Shown: positions 1-9,947, counted from the stretch's first letter. The stretch: DNA of 64,000 bases from Sedimentisphaerales bacterium (GCA_963708075.1 OY970194.1:960001-1024000), one strand, 5' to 3'. The notes: generated from the sequence alone by a model not told the origin. Program-made: numbers and translations.

Positions 1-552
1 TGGCTCGCGACCGCTGGGGAGGCCGACAGCGTCGTGGCCGCAGCCACGGGTGCCACGCTGGGCAAGCCGGCCGCCATGCCATCGGCGCAGATCCAGTCCG
101 CCGTGGAGGGTCTTAAGAAGAACAACCTGTTTGCACCTCCTGCGATGAAAAAGTGGCCGGTCAATGACGTGATCGGGATCCTCGGCAATCAGGCGTTGAT
201 CAACGGCCAGTGGTACAAGGCCGGGGACAGCGTGGCGGATGCCAAAATTGTCGCCATTGAGCCAACGAAGGTCAAGGTCGTGTGGAACGGCCAGGAGAAG
301 GAATTCACGCCGATCGGCTCCAGCGGCGGGGGCGGGCCGGAAGGTCCCCGCCAGGGACCCAGGGGCAGACCGCCGACATCCCCAGGGGCGCCCATGGTGG
401 TCACGGGCGGAGCCCCCTCAGGTGGGGCAACGGCCGGCCCGTCGCCCGAGGAACGCGACCGGCTCAGAGAACGATGGAAGGACATGTCACCGGAAGAGCG
501 GCAGAAATATCGTGATGAGATGCGCGAACGACTCAGCCGCAAGAGCCGGTAA
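1..552 (+). CDS. Type II secretion GspC-like protein, C-terminal part (5' end outside window)
   Basis: Frame open from base 1. VIGILGNQALING..YKAGDSVADAKIVAIEPTKV resembles the GspC/PilP HR domain; G/P-rich linker and charged SPEER tail; lies upstream of a secretin. Confidence 0.6.
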   Translation, partial: WLATAGEADSVVAAATGATLGKPAAMPSAQIQSAVEGLKKNNLFAPPAMKKWPVNDVIGILGNQALINGQWYKAGDSVADAKIVAIEPTKVKVVWNGQEKEFTPIGSSGGGGPEGPRQGPRGRPPTSPGAPMVVTGGAPSGGATAGPSPEERDRLRERWKDMSPEERQKYRDEMRERLSRKSR

Positions 553-579
553 TTGGATCACGGACGAAAGGTCAGTTAC

Positions 580-1137
580 ATGAAGCACATGAATATCGTA
601 GTCTCGGTCATCATCGCCGCGGCGATACTTGTCGCCGCGTATGCGGTTGGGCTGCTTGTACGGCACGCCCGGACGCCGGACGGGCAGCTCGAATCCGCGG
701 CGGTCACGCCGATCGAGAGTCCCGCGACGCTCAAGGCGAGGGTCGCACAGCAGTTGCCCGGCGGCGGATCTGCCGGTGCCGCCGATGCTAATCTGGCAGC
801 GCGGAGCCAACAAGAGAGAGAGCAGATGCTCGAACGGATGAAGGGCATGACCAAGGAAGAAAAGCAGCGGTTCACGATGGAAGAGGCGCGCAAGCACTTC
901 GGCGCCGGCGGCACGAGGAGCGAACCGCGCAAAATGTCGCCGGAGGAACGCGAGAAGATGCTGCAGAAGTGGCAACGCATGTCTGAAGAGGAGAAGCGGG
1001 CGTCCGATGCCCGCCCAGCGGAATCCGAGCCGGCTCAGGGCGAACCGCCGCAAGCTCCTGCAAACGCGGAAGGTACGGCGACACAGCAGAGCTCCGAGCC
1101 AAACGGCGCAGAGCCAAACAAAGCCGGCAACAGATGA
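580..1137 (+). CDS. Membrane-anchored hypothetical protein with charged helical M(S/T)xEE repeats
   Basis: GAAAGG RBS before ATG 580; N-terminal TM helix; MTKEEKQ, MSPEERE and MSEEEKR repeats; sits between gspC-like gene and gspD. Confidence 0.7.
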   Translation: MKHMNIVVSVIIAAAILVAAYAVGLLVRHARTPDGQLESAAVTPIESPATLKARVAQQLPGGGSAGAADANLAARSQQEREQMLERMKGMTKEEKQRFTMEEARKHFGAGGTRSEPRKMSPEEREKMLQKWQRMSEEEKRASDARPAESEPAQGEPPQAPANAEGTATQQSSEPNGAEPNKAGNR

Positions 1138-1178
1138 TCTTTGAATGGGAACCAGAACCAGTACGCAGTTGAAATGAG

Positions 1179-4100
1179 GTGACTACCTTGGAACGGTCAA
1201 AGTTGGTCCTGTGGGGCGTAGTCCTTGCCGCCGCCGGCGTGATTGTCTGGCGAGTAGGCTTTCATACACCCGAACCTCGTTTGTCCGGCATGCAGCGCCA
1301 GGCAAATGCACAGCCTGATTCGGCGGCGCGAAGTCCCAATGAGCCGGCCAAACAGGCCTCGCCCCCGGCTACGGGCGAGCCCAACACGCCGATCCAGCGT
1401 ACGGAGCCCAACCGGCCTGCGGACTCGAACAAGCCGCCCGAATCGGGCAAGCCGGCCGCCGGGTCGGAGCCGAACAAGCCCGCGGATTCAGGCAAGCCCG
1501 CAGAGCCAAACAAGCCTGCGCAGGCAGGCACCTCTGATACGACGAAGCCCGCCGAGGCCGGTGCCGACGACAAGTCCGCATCCGGTGAGCCCATGGAGGC
1601 CGTCAACCTCAAGGACGTCGAGATGAAGAACATCATCGACAAGATCGCGCAGTGGACCGGCAAGACCGTCATCCCGCACGATGAGGCGATGAAGCAGAAG
1701 GTGACGATCTATGCGCCGGACAAGATGCCGCGCAAGAAGGCGCTCGAGAAGATCTATAGCGCCCTTCGTATGAAGGGGTACATGGTCGAAGAGTCGGGTG
1801 ACACGCTGTTCCTCAAGCCGCTGGCCGGGGCCAAGCTGGGCGTTTTCCCGATGGTCGGCCCTGATGAGCCTTTGGCAGCGTTCGAAAACAAGGACCAGAT
1901 CGTGCAGAAGCTCTTCAAGCTGGCCAACTATCCGCCGGCCCAGATGGGCCAGATCGTTCAACCCCTGATCGGCGAGTTTGGCCACGTTAGCGCCGATGCC
2001 ACAACGGGCACATTGCTCGTCATTGACGCCGTGGGCAACCTCCAACGGATCGAGAACATCATCCAGCAGTTTGACATCCCCGACGCGGGCAAAGCGGTCA
2101 CGGATGTCGTTGAGGTCAAATACGGCGATCCTTCGGAGATCGTGCAGATGCTCAGGATGCTCCTGGGCGAATCGCTCGATGGCGGGCGAGGCCGCAGGTC
2201 TTTCGGCGGCAGGGTGTATAACCCGTCCAGGTCCGGTGGCAACCCGGGGGGACCGCCCCAGGGGCCGGGAGGCGCCAAGACCGTCGCCAGCTCGGTGACT
2301 ATCCCGGGCAGTGAAATCCCCATCGTCCTCATCCCCGAGCCCAAGCACAAATGGATCATCGTCAGCGGCTCCGCGGAGGACGTGAAGAAGATTCGTGAAT
2401 GGGTCGAGAAACTGGATCGGCAGGAGCCGGTCCAGTCCGATTACGAGACGGTCGCGGTCGCCTATGCCGACCCGCAAGAGGTGGCGGACCGCATCGAGAG
2501 ATCGCTGGAGGAATTGCCGGGCTCGGCGTTGCGGCCCAGCGTTGTCGTGCAGGCGCTGCAACAGTCCAGGCAGATCATGATCTTCGGCCGGGCCGATCTG
2601 CGCGATATGGTCAAGAAGCTGATCGTCGAAGTGGATATCCCTGCCGGCACCTTCGTGACCGAGCATTTCCAGCTCAAGCACGCCGACCCGGAGCAGATCA
2701 AGCAAAACCTGGACAGCCTGTACGGCGAGAGCGTCCCCCGGTACGACCAGTACAGTTACTACCGATACGGGCCCGGCAGTCGGCGCACGCCCGCCGACAC
2801 CGTGAAGGTGATCGCCTTCGCCGCAATGCAGCAGCTCACGGTCATCGCGTCTGCGGAGAACATGGAGAAGATCCGCAAGCAGATCGAAGAGTGGGATGTC
2901 CCGCTGAATGTGGAGGCCGTCAAGCCGAGGATCATCGAGCTGCGCAACTCCGACCCCATCCAGATGGCGGAACTCTTGTCCAAGCTGTTCTCGGAGGAGA
3001 CGGATACGAGCCGCTCGTTCATGCGGATGATCTTCTTCGGCGACATGGGCGACCAGCGACAGAAGATTGTCGGCCCCTTGTACGGCCAGCTCACGTTCGA
3101 GGCCGTCCAGGGGACCAAGAAGATCATCGTCATCAGCAAGGTCCCCCAGGCCTATGACGTCATCGAGCAGCTCGTTCTGGATCTGGATCGCCAGGAAATG
3201 GCGGAGAGCCCACACGTCGTCCAGATCAAGTACGCGGATACGGAGGACCTTGCCGAGCGGCTGAACGCGATGTTCAACGAGCCTGGAACGAGCGCCCGCA
3301 TTCGCCGCACGTCCCGGGGTCTGGGTGATTACTCCATGGGGTCAACAGAAAGCAACCAGGGCCAGGGCGGCGCTCGGCCTGCCAGCAGCAACAATGCAGA
3401 CCAGGGGGGCGGCGAGTACACGCCGTGGTGGTCTTCCGGCGCACGGCGGACCCCGAACGAGGAGCCGATCAGCAACGTCATCGGGCATGTGCGATTCGTT
3501 CCTGATCCGAGGAGCAAGTCCATCCTCGTGCTGGCGCCGCGGGAGTTCCAGGCGAGCATTGCCGACACGATCAAGGAGCTGGATGTTCCCGGCAAGCAGG
3601 TGATGGTGAAAGCCGTGGTCATTGAGGTGGATCACCAGGACCTGACCTCTCTGGGCCTTCAGTTGTCCTCCAATCCCATCGGGGCGTTCAATGTGGGAGA
3701 AGATGCGGTCACGGCGCTTGGGGAGCTTACCTATCTCGACGAGCACGGCTCCGCGACGATCACGGGCGACATCAGTATTACGGCCCTGCTGGATTTCCTT
3801 GTCAAGAAGGTCAACGCTCAGATCCTCAACCAGCAGACGCTGTGGACTGAGGACAACGAAGAGGCCAGCTTCTTCAAGGGTCAGGAAGTGGCTTTCCAAA
3901 CAAGCGCGTCGACATCCGAGACGGGCGGCCGGGTTACGCAAAGCTTCGAGTACAAGCAGATCGGCATGACGCTCGCCGTGCGGCCCAGTATCACGCCCGA
4001 GAAGAACGTGGATATGATGGTCACGGTGCTGCTGTCAAATTTGACGGGCGACTCGATCAATAGCCAGCCGGTCACGCGAGTCATGAACACCACCACGAAT

Positions 4101-4406
4101 ATGATCGTGTCGGATGGTCAGACCCTCATGCTCGGCGGCATCCTGTTCCAGACGAACAGCAAGGTCGTCCGGAAGATCCCGCTCTTCGGCGACATTCCCC
4201 TGGTGGGCGGCCTCTTCCGGCATAACGAAGTGATCAAGGCGAACAACGAGCTGATCATTTTCATCACGCCGTCCGTTGTCGATGAGGGACTCGAATTGCC
4301 CGAAGCCACCGCTGAGCAGCTCGGAGAGACCAAGCTGAAGCTGGAGCAGGTCCAGGGAGAGCTGAACCAGATGGCCGAGGAACTGAAGGAGAACATAGAC
4401 AAGTAA
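1179..4406 (+). CDS. gspD: Type II secretion system secretin GspD
   Basis: N0 domain (VNLKDVEMKNIIDKIAQWTGKTVI), repeated N domains, C-terminal secretin domain (QVMVKAVVIEV, GQTLMLGG, KIPLFGDIPLVGGLFR, ELIIFITPSVV). Confidence 0.93.
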   Translation: MTTLERSKLVLWGVVLAAAGVIVWRVGFHTPEPRLSGMQRQANAQPDSAARSPNEPAKQASPPATGEPNTPIQRTEPNRPADSNKPPESGKPAAGSEPNKPADSGKPAEPNKPAQAGTSDTTKPAEAGADDKSASGEPMEAVNLKDVEMKNIIDKIAQWTGKTVIPHDEAMKQKVTIYAPDKMPRKKALEKIYSALRMKGYMVEESGDTLFLKPLAGAKLGVFPMVGPDEPLAAFENKDQIVQKLFKLANYPPAQMGQIVQPLIGEFGHVSADATTGTLLVIDAVGNLQRIENIIQQFDIPDAGKAVTDVVEVKYGDPSEIVQMLRMLLGESLDGGRGRRSFGGRVYNPSRSGGNPGGPPQGPGGAKTVASSVTIPGSEIPIVLIPEPKHKWIIVSGSAEDVKKIREWVEKLDRQEPVQSDYETVAVAYADPQEVADRIERSLEELPGSALRPSVVVQALQQSRQIMIFGRADLRDMVKKLIVEVDIPAGTFVTEHFQLKHADPEQIKQNLDSLYGESVPRYDQYSYYRYGPGSRRTPADTVKVIAFAAMQQLTVIASAENMEKIRKQIEEWDVPLNVEAVKPRIIELRNSDPIQMAELLSKLFSEETDTSRSFMRMIFFGDMGDQRQKIVGPLYGQLTFEAVQGTKKIIVISKVPQAYDVIEQLVLDLDRQEMAESPHVVQIKYADTEDLAERLNAMFNEPGTSARIRRTSRGLGDYSMGSTESNQGQGGARPASSNNADQGGGEYTPWWSSGARRTPNEEPISNVIGHVRFVPDPRSKSILVLAPREFQASIADTIKELDVPGKQVMVKAVVIEVDHQDLTSLGLQLSSNPIGAFNVGEDAVTALGELTYLDEHGSATITGDISITALLDFLVKKVNAQILNQQTLWTEDNEEASFFKGQEVAFQTSASTSETGGRVTQSFEYKQIGMTLAVRPSITPEKNVDMMVTVLLSNLTGDSINSQPVTRVMNTTTNMIVSDGQTLMLGGILFQTNSKVVRKIPLFGDIPLVGGLFRHNEVIKANNELIIFITPSVVDEGLELPEATAEQLGETKLKLEQVQGELNQMAEELKENIDK

Positions 4407-4430
4407 CCGTTGCTCTCCAGAAGCATTTAT

Positions 4431-4481
4431 CGAGTGGCCGCGACAAGCCTTTTGATCTCGTCGCGGCCACTCGTTTTTTTT
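4431..4481 (+). terminator. Rho-independent terminator after gspD
   Basis: 14-bp inverted repeat CGAGTGGCCGCGAC/GTCGCGGCCACTCG followed by T8. Confidence 0.85.
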
Positions 4482-4512
4482 ACAGTCCGCCGACGGCCGG
4501 TGAACGGTCGTT

Positions 4513-5790
4513 CTATTTTCGCGGGGTGATGAGTTCTCTGCCGCCCATGTAGGGACGCAGCACCTGCGGGATGGTGATCGACCCGTCCGCGTTCTGGTAC
4601 AGTTCCATGAGCGGGATCAGAATGCGGGGCGACGCGATAACCGTATTGTTCAAGGTATGGCAGAAGAGGTTCTTCTTCGTCGCGGGGTCCTTGTATCGCA
4701 GGTTCATCCGTCGGGCCTGGAAATCGTTGAATTTGCTTGCGCTGTGCGTCTCGCAGTAGCTGCCGCGCGACGGCATCCAGCCCTCGATGTCATATTTCTT
4801 GGCCTGCCCGCGTCCGAGGTCGCCCGTGCACACGACGACGATGCGGTAGGGCAGTCCCAGGGCTTTCATGACCCCCTCGGCGTTACCGAGGATCTCCGCG
4901 TGGAACTTGTTGCTCTCCTCGCCGTCGTTTCGACAGATGACGACCTGCTCGACCTTGTCGAACTGGTGGATGCGATAGAGGCCGTAGGTGTCCTTGCCGG
5001 CCGCGCCGGCCTCGCGCCGGAAGCAGCTTGAAAGGGCGACGTACTTCAGCGGCAGCTCCTCCGCCGGCAGGATCTCGCCCATCCGGTAGGCGGTCAGCGG
5101 AACTTCCGCCGTCCCCACGAGATTCAACTCATCCCGTTCCATCCGATAGGTCTGCTCTTCCGAGCCGGGGTAGTAGCCCGTGCCCATCATTGCCTCGTCG
5201 CGCATCAGCAGCGGAACGGACATCGGCAGATAGCCTCGTTCCGCCATGAAATCGATGGCGAATCGCAGCACCGCCCAATGCAGCAAGGCGCCGTCGCCCT
5301 TGAGGAAGTAGTTCCGCGTGCCCGCCAGCTTTACTCCCCGCTCGATGTCGATGATATCCAGGGCTAGGCCGAGCTGAACGTGGTCCTTCGGCTGGAAATC
5401 GAACTTGCGAACCTCGCCCTCCCGCCGGATCTCCATGTTCTCCGTGTCGTCTTTGCCGACGGGGACATCGGGGTCGGCCGGCTGTGGTACTTGCAGCACC
5501 AACGCATCGAACTCCGGCTGCAGCGCCTTGGCCTCGGCCTCCGACTGCTCCTCCTGCTGCTTCAACTGCGTCAGCTTGGCCAGCGCCGCCTCTTTCTCGC
5601 CTCCCGACAGCTTGGGAACCGCCTTGCCGATCCGGTTCTTTTCCGTGGCGATCTCCTGAAGACCCGTCTTTAACTCCCTCAAGCGGCGCTCGATCTCCAG
5701 AAGCCTCGGTATATCCACGTCGATCCGCTTGTTCAGCGCCGCCTGGATGTAGAGTTGGGGGGATTCCCGCAACAGCTTGATATCGATCAT
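4513..5790 (-). CDS. serS: Serine--tRNA ligase
   Basis: N-terminal coiled coil, GTAEVP, motif 2 FRREAG..GLYRIHQFDKVE, KKYDIEGW, HTLNNT. Confidence 0.97.
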   Translation of the reverse strand: MIDIKLLRESPQLYIQAALNKRIDVDIPRLLEIERRLRELKTGLQEIATEKNRIGKAVPKLSGGEKEAALAKLTQLKQQEEQSEAEAKALQPEFDALVLQVPQPADPDVPVGKDDTENMEIRREGEVRKFDFQPKDHVQLGLALDIIDIERGVKLAGTRNYFLKGDGALLHWAVLRFAIDFMAERGYLPMSVPLLMRDEAMMGTGYYPGSEEQTYRMERDELNLVGTAEVPLTAYRMGEILPAEELPLKYVALSSCFRREAGAAGKDTYGLYRIHQFDKVEQVVICRNDGEESNKFHAEILGNAEGVMKALGLPYRIVVVCTGDLGRGQAKKYDIEGWMPSRGSYCETHSASKFNDFQARRMNLRYKDPATKKNLFCHTLNNTVIASPRILIPLMELYQNADGSITIPQVLRPYMGGRELITPRK

Positions 5791-7118
5791 AGGTCCTCGG
5801 TTCCCAAACGCTTGACGATAACCACGTTGTTCTGTCCTCCGAACCCGAAGGACTCATTCATTGCCACGTTCACCGGCATCTTGCGGGCGACAAGCGGGAC
5901 GTAATCGAGGTCCAGCTTCGGATCGGGATCGACGAGGTTGATCGTGGGAGGCACGATGTTGTCCCGGATGGCCAGCACGCACGTGATCAGCTCCGCCGCG
6001 CCGGCGGCCCCGATCAAGTGCCCCATCATGCTCTTGACGCTGCTGGCGGGGACCTGCCTGGCCCGCTCGCCAAAGACTGTTTTGATCGCCAGCGTCTCGA
6101 TGTGATCGTTTTCCTGCGTGCTCGTGCCGTGCGTGTTGATGTAATCGATGTCCTTGTACGTCAGCCCGGCATCGGCTATTGCCTTCCGCATCGCCTGCAC
6201 GGGCCCGCGGCCTTCCTCGTGCATATCCGTCACGCGGAAGGCGTCCGAGCTCGAACCGTAACCGACAAGCTCGGCAAGGATTTTGGCTCCCCGCCTCCTG
6301 GCGGAGCTGAGCGACTCGATGACGAGCATCGCCGCGCCCTCGCCAATGAGGAATCCATCCCGGCTGGCGCAGAAGGGTCGCGATGCCGTCTGCGGGCTGT
6401 CGTTCCGCGTCGACAGGGCGGTCAATCGATTGAATCCTGTGATACCCAGCGGGTGGATCATCGAGTGCGCCCCGCCGGCGACGATCACGTCTGCGTGGCC
6501 CCTGCGAATCAGCATCATGGCTTCACCGACGGCCTGCGTGCTGGCGGCACAGGCCGTCAGGCAACTGCGGGTCGGCCCCCGGGCGCCGGTCAGCATGGCG
6601 ATGTGACCGGCCGCCATGTTCGGCTCCTGCTCTAACTCGCGAGTGGCGTTGAACTGCCTCACCGCGGAGGCGTTGAGGCGATCCCAGGCCATTCGTCCTT
6701 CCTGCACGTTCCAGCCGGCGATGATGCATCCGAAGAAGCTGTCATTGTCGAGCGAGCCTTCTCCGGCTCCGAGGTAGATGCCCATCCTCGCCCGGTCTAC
6801 GCCGTCGCGAGGCTCGTCTGTCTCTGTGTCGATCCCCGCCTGCCGGCAGGCTTGGGCTGCCGCTCCGATTGCGAATCCGCTGCCCCGGCTGCATCCCTTG
6901 TGCAATCCGATATCTCGCACGAATTCGGCAAGATTGTAGTTCTTCACCTCGGCGTCGAATGTCGTGGGGAACGTTGAGGCGTCGAAGACGGTCGTCCGGT
7001 CCGCGCCGCTGCGGCCGGTTAGAATCCCTTCCCACATCGCGTCTACGCTATTGCCCAGCGGGCAGACGATCCCCATCCCCGTGATGACTACCCGCTCCTG
7101 TTTCTTCGGGGTCCTCAT
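5787..7118 (-). CDS. fabF: Beta-ketoacyl-ACP synthase (FabF-like), intact Cys-His-His triad
   Basis: TACAAS, NTHGTST, KSMMGHLIGAAG, SFGFGGQN. Confidence 0.9.
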   Translation of the reverse strand: MRTPKKQERVVITGMGIVCPLGNSVDAMWEGILTGRSGADRTTVFDASTFPTTFDAEVKNYNLAEFVRDIGLHKGCSRGSGFAIGAAAQACRQAGIDTETDEPRDGVDRARMGIYLGAGEGSLDNDSFFGCIIAGWNVQEGRMAWDRLNASAVRQFNATRELEQEPNMAAGHIAMLTGARGPTRSCLTACAASTQAVGEAMMLIRRGHADVIVAGGAHSMIHPLGITGFNRLTALSTRNDSPQTASRPFCASRDGFLIGEGAAMLVIESLSSARRRGAKILAELVGYGSSSDAFRVTDMHEEGRGPVQAMRKAIADAGLTYKDIDYINTHGTSTQENDHIETLAIKTVFGERARQVPASSVKSMMGHLIGAAGAAELITCVLAIRDNIVPPTINLVDPDPKLDLDYVPLVARKMPVNVAMNESFGFGGQNNVVIVKRLGTEDL

Positions 7119-8440
7119 TCGCCATCCCCCTCATCGAAACGCTTGATGACCAGAGCGGCCGTTTGGCCTCCATGCGTGTAGCTGCAGCACAACGCATGTC
7201 TGATTCGACCCTGACGAGGCGCCGTAGCGATATTCAAGTCGCAGCCCTCCGCCGGCCCGGCAAAGTTCCTCGCCGCGGGGATCAAGCCCTCGGTGATTGC
7301 CTGTACTGCGGCGACCAGGTCCAACGCACCGGATGCAGCCCCGGTCGTGCTCAACATGCTCTTCGTCGGCCAGACCGGCACCCTTCGCACGGCCGGGCCA
7401 AGTGCGGCGGCAATCGCTCTCGCCTCCGCCCGGTCATCCTGCGGTACCCCCGTCCCGTGCGGAATTACCAGGTCAAGCTCTTCAGGCCCGATCCCGGCAT
7501 CCTCCATGGCCTTTTCCAAGGCGATTTGCAGCCCTTTGCCGTCCGGTTCGAGCCTCTCATACGCGGGGCTGATGCTGTGACTCTGGCCGACGCCGACCAG
7601 CTCGGCCAGAATTCTGGCGCCTCGCTTGCGGGCGTGCTCGAGCCTTTCGAGCACCACCATTCCCGCCCCTTCACCGAAGATCGAGCCCTGGGCATCCGCA
7701 TCAAACGGCCGGCATGCCGTCTCCGTCGCATCTTTGTGAGCCGCCATACGGTGGAGCAGGAATTGCCGAACGAGCAGCAGGGGGTGGACTTTTGTCTCGG
7801 CGGCACCGGCCAGGGCGATGTCGGCATCCCCACGCGCCACCACCTGGGCCGCCTCGCCGATCGCCAGGTGTGCCGATGCTTCAGCGCACGTGATCGAGTT
7901 GCTCGGCCCCTGGATGTCGTGGATGATGCTGATGTGACATGCGAGCATGTTGGGCAGGTACTTGAGCAGCCACAGCGGCGTGATCAGCTCGAGTCCCTGC
8001 TTGCCCCATTTGCCGATATCGAAGCGGCCGTCGGTCGTGCTGGCCCCCACGGCAGGCGCCAGTTCCGTCATGTCGCAACCGATCATGCCGGCGCCGATGT
8101 TGACCGCCACGCGGGTCGGATCGACATTGACATGCTCGGGATCGACTCCCTTTGTGACCAGGCCGCTGCTCGCAATCGCATCGCGTGCGGCGATTACGGC
8201 CAGCTCAATGTCCCGGCACATCAGCTTGGTCGCTTTGCGGTGCGTCTTGGGGACATAGTCTTGAATTCGGTACTCGGGGACCTCGCCCGCCAGCTCGCAG
8301 GGCAGGCCCGTCGGATCAAAGGCCGTGATCCGGGCGATCCCGCAACGACCGGCACACAGGCCCGCCCATGTCTCGCTCGCGCTCAAGCCCAGCGGGCTGA
8401 CCGCCCCAAGTCCAGTGACCACCACCCGCGCCGATTCCAT
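7115..8440 (-). CDS. Ketosynthase-like protein lacking catalytic Cys (chain-length-factor-like)
   Basis: KS fold motifs (VVVTGLG, IFGEGAG, HGTG), but TCAEASAHLAIGEA places Glu at the Cys position and the second His is absent (KSMLSTTGAASG). Confidence 0.85.
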   Translation of the reverse strand: MESARVVVTGLGAVSPLGLSASETWAGLCAGRCGIARITAFDPTGLPCELAGEVPEYRIQDYVPKTHRKATKLMCRDIELAVIAARDAIASSGLVTKGVDPEHVNVDPTRVAVNIGAGMIGCDMTELAPAVGASTTDGRFDIGKWGKQGLELITPLWLLKYLPNMLACHISIIHDIQGPSNSITCAEASAHLAIGEAAQVVARGDADIALAGAAETKVHPLLLVRQFLLHRMAAHKDATETACRPFDADAQGSIFGEGAGMVVLERLEHARKRGARILAELVGVGQSHSISPAYERLEPDGKGLQIALEKAMEDAGIGPEELDLVIPHGTGVPQDDRAEARAIAAALGPAVRRVPVWPTKSMLSTTGAASGALDLVAAVQAITEGLIPAARNFAGPAEGCDLNIATAPRQGRIRHALCCSYTHGGQTAALVIKRFDEGDGE

Positions 8441-8943
8441 CAGCCTGACTCCGTCCCTTGTTCGACCGGCTTGGCACGGTTCAGGGCAAGATCACGCAAC
8501 AGAGACGTGAAGGTGCCGGTGAACACGAAATTCTCCTCGGGAAACTTCTTGCCCGCAAGATTGCGATCCACGTGGCTGAACATCAAGTCGATCTCAGCAA
8601 TAAGCTCGCCCGCTCGTGTGATCTTGCCGCTCGTGCCGGCGGCCTCTGGGGAAATCGAGGTGATCTGGGCGTCGAGCCGCAGGCTGTCGCCCGGCCTGAC
8701 AAAGTCGAAGAAGACGGCCTTGCCGATCTTCGCAAGAATCACTTTCTCGCGGAAATTCATGGCCTCGCCGACGAGAATGCCGCTGGTCTGGGCCATGGCC
8801 TCGATCATAAGACATTCCGGCATGATCGGGAATCCGGGGAAGTGGTCATGGAGGTGTTCCTCCGCCATGGTCACATTCTTGATGGCCGCGGCGTGATGAC
8901 CGCTCTCAAACTCGACGAACTTGTCAATCCACATCCAACGCAT
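8440..8943 (-). CDS. fabZ: 3-hydroxyacyl-ACP dehydratase FabZ-like
   Basis: KNVTMAE..DHFPGFPIMP...IEAMAQ and VRPGD motifs. Confidence 0.88.
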   Translation of the reverse strand: MRWMWIDKFVEFESGHHAAAIKNVTMAEEHLHDHFPGFPIMPECLMIEAMAQTSGILVGEAMNFREKVILAKIGKAVFFDFVRPGDSLRLDAQITSISPEAAGTSGKITRAGELIAEIDLMFSHVDRNLAGKKFPEENFVFTGTFTSLLRDLALNRAKPVEQGTESG

Positions 8944-9020
8944 ACGGGCTCACGTCAAACAAGCGGCAGCTCGAACATGCCCAGGCTTGCTGTTGATTCG
9001 CTACGGCTGCTCCCCATCGA

Positions 9021-9416
9021 TCAGGCGGCGTTCAGCTTGCCGTCAAGATAGGTCACGATGGCGTTGACTGTGAACAAGTCCGCCAGCTTGCTGAGGTCGG
9101 GGTTCTTCTCGAACTCGGTCAGATCGGTATGGGACACCCGCTGGCGAAGCTCCGCCAACCCCTTGGCGGTCAGTTTCCCGTTGCTGACCAGCTCCGGGTT
9201 GTTCAGCAGGCTTTCCGCCGGGAAGAGCTCCTCTCGCGGGACCTTGATCCCGAACGCCTTCTCAAGCCGAAAAACGATATCCAGGAAGTCGATGCTCTCG
9301 GCGCCGAGGTCGCCCATCAGCGTCGCGTCAGGCGTCACCTCATCGTCATCGACCCCCAGCGCGTCCACGAGGACCCCCTGAACCTTCTGAAATATCTCGT
9401 CCCGATCCATGCCCAT
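9021..9416 (-). CDS. Acyl carrier protein with long internal insertion
   Basis: LGAESIDFLDIVFRLEKAFGI phosphopantetheine motif; 131 aa versus about 80 for canonical ACP. Confidence 0.92.
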   Translation of the reverse strand: MGMDRDEIFQKVQGVLVDALGVDDDEVTPDATLMGDLGAESIDFLDIVFRLEKAFGIKVPREELFPAESLLNNPELVSNGKLTAKGLAELRQRVSHTDLTEFEKNPDLSKLADLFTVNAIVTYLDGKLNAA

Positions 9417-9461
9417 GGTTCCTGATACCTCCGGTACCTGTAATCTCCTGAAAGTCCCTTT

Positions 9462-9947
9462 TCAACCGTTGTTCAAACTCTGCTGAGAAAGCAGGTTATA
9501 CCGACACTTCATCTGCTCGATGACCTGGCTGTCCACCGTTGCCAGGGCGGGATTCCGGTCGGCCAGATTGAAATGTCTCAACCCGATCCGGGCCTCGACA
9601 ATCTCCTGCCCCTCGGACACGCCGCGTCCCAGGAAGCTGCTGACGTTCTCTTCGATCGTCTTGGCCTCCACCGTGTACTCGATCTGCGACCCGGGGGCCA
9701 GGAAGCTCTTGTACTTCACGTTTCGCGCCTGCTCGAGCAGCACCATGCTGCAGGAGAAATCCTGCGTCGTGCGCACGAGCCAGCTCGCCGACTCCACCAA
9801 TCCTTCCAGCATCAGAACGCCGGGCAGGACCGGGAACGTCGGGAAATGATCGGCCAGATACTCCTCTGCCAGCGAAACGCTCTTGACGGCAGTGAGCTTC
9901 TTGCCTTTCTCCAGCGACACGATTTTATCGATCAGCACGAATTTCAT
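9462..9947 (-). CDS. Second FabZ/FabA-like hot-dog dehydratase
   Basis: Start reassigned to MKFVLIDKI (9947); DHFPTFPVLPGVLMLEG motif. Confidence 0.85.
   Translation of the reverse strand: MKFVLIDKIVSLEKGKKLTAVKSVSLAEEYLADHFPTFPVLPGVLMLEGLVESASWLVRTTQDFSCSMVLLEQARNVKYKSFLAPGSQIEYTVEAKTIEENVSSFLGRGVSEGQEIVEARIGLRHFNLADRNPALATVDSQVIEQMKCRYNLLSQQSLNNG

Noticed and set aside
1488..3215. Long antisense or alternate-frame ORFs (e.g. 1488-3215, 7163-8896, 29011-31074, 39396-40802)
   Set aside because: They shadow well-supported genes on the opposite strand, carry no motifs, and are expected from GC-rich codon bias.
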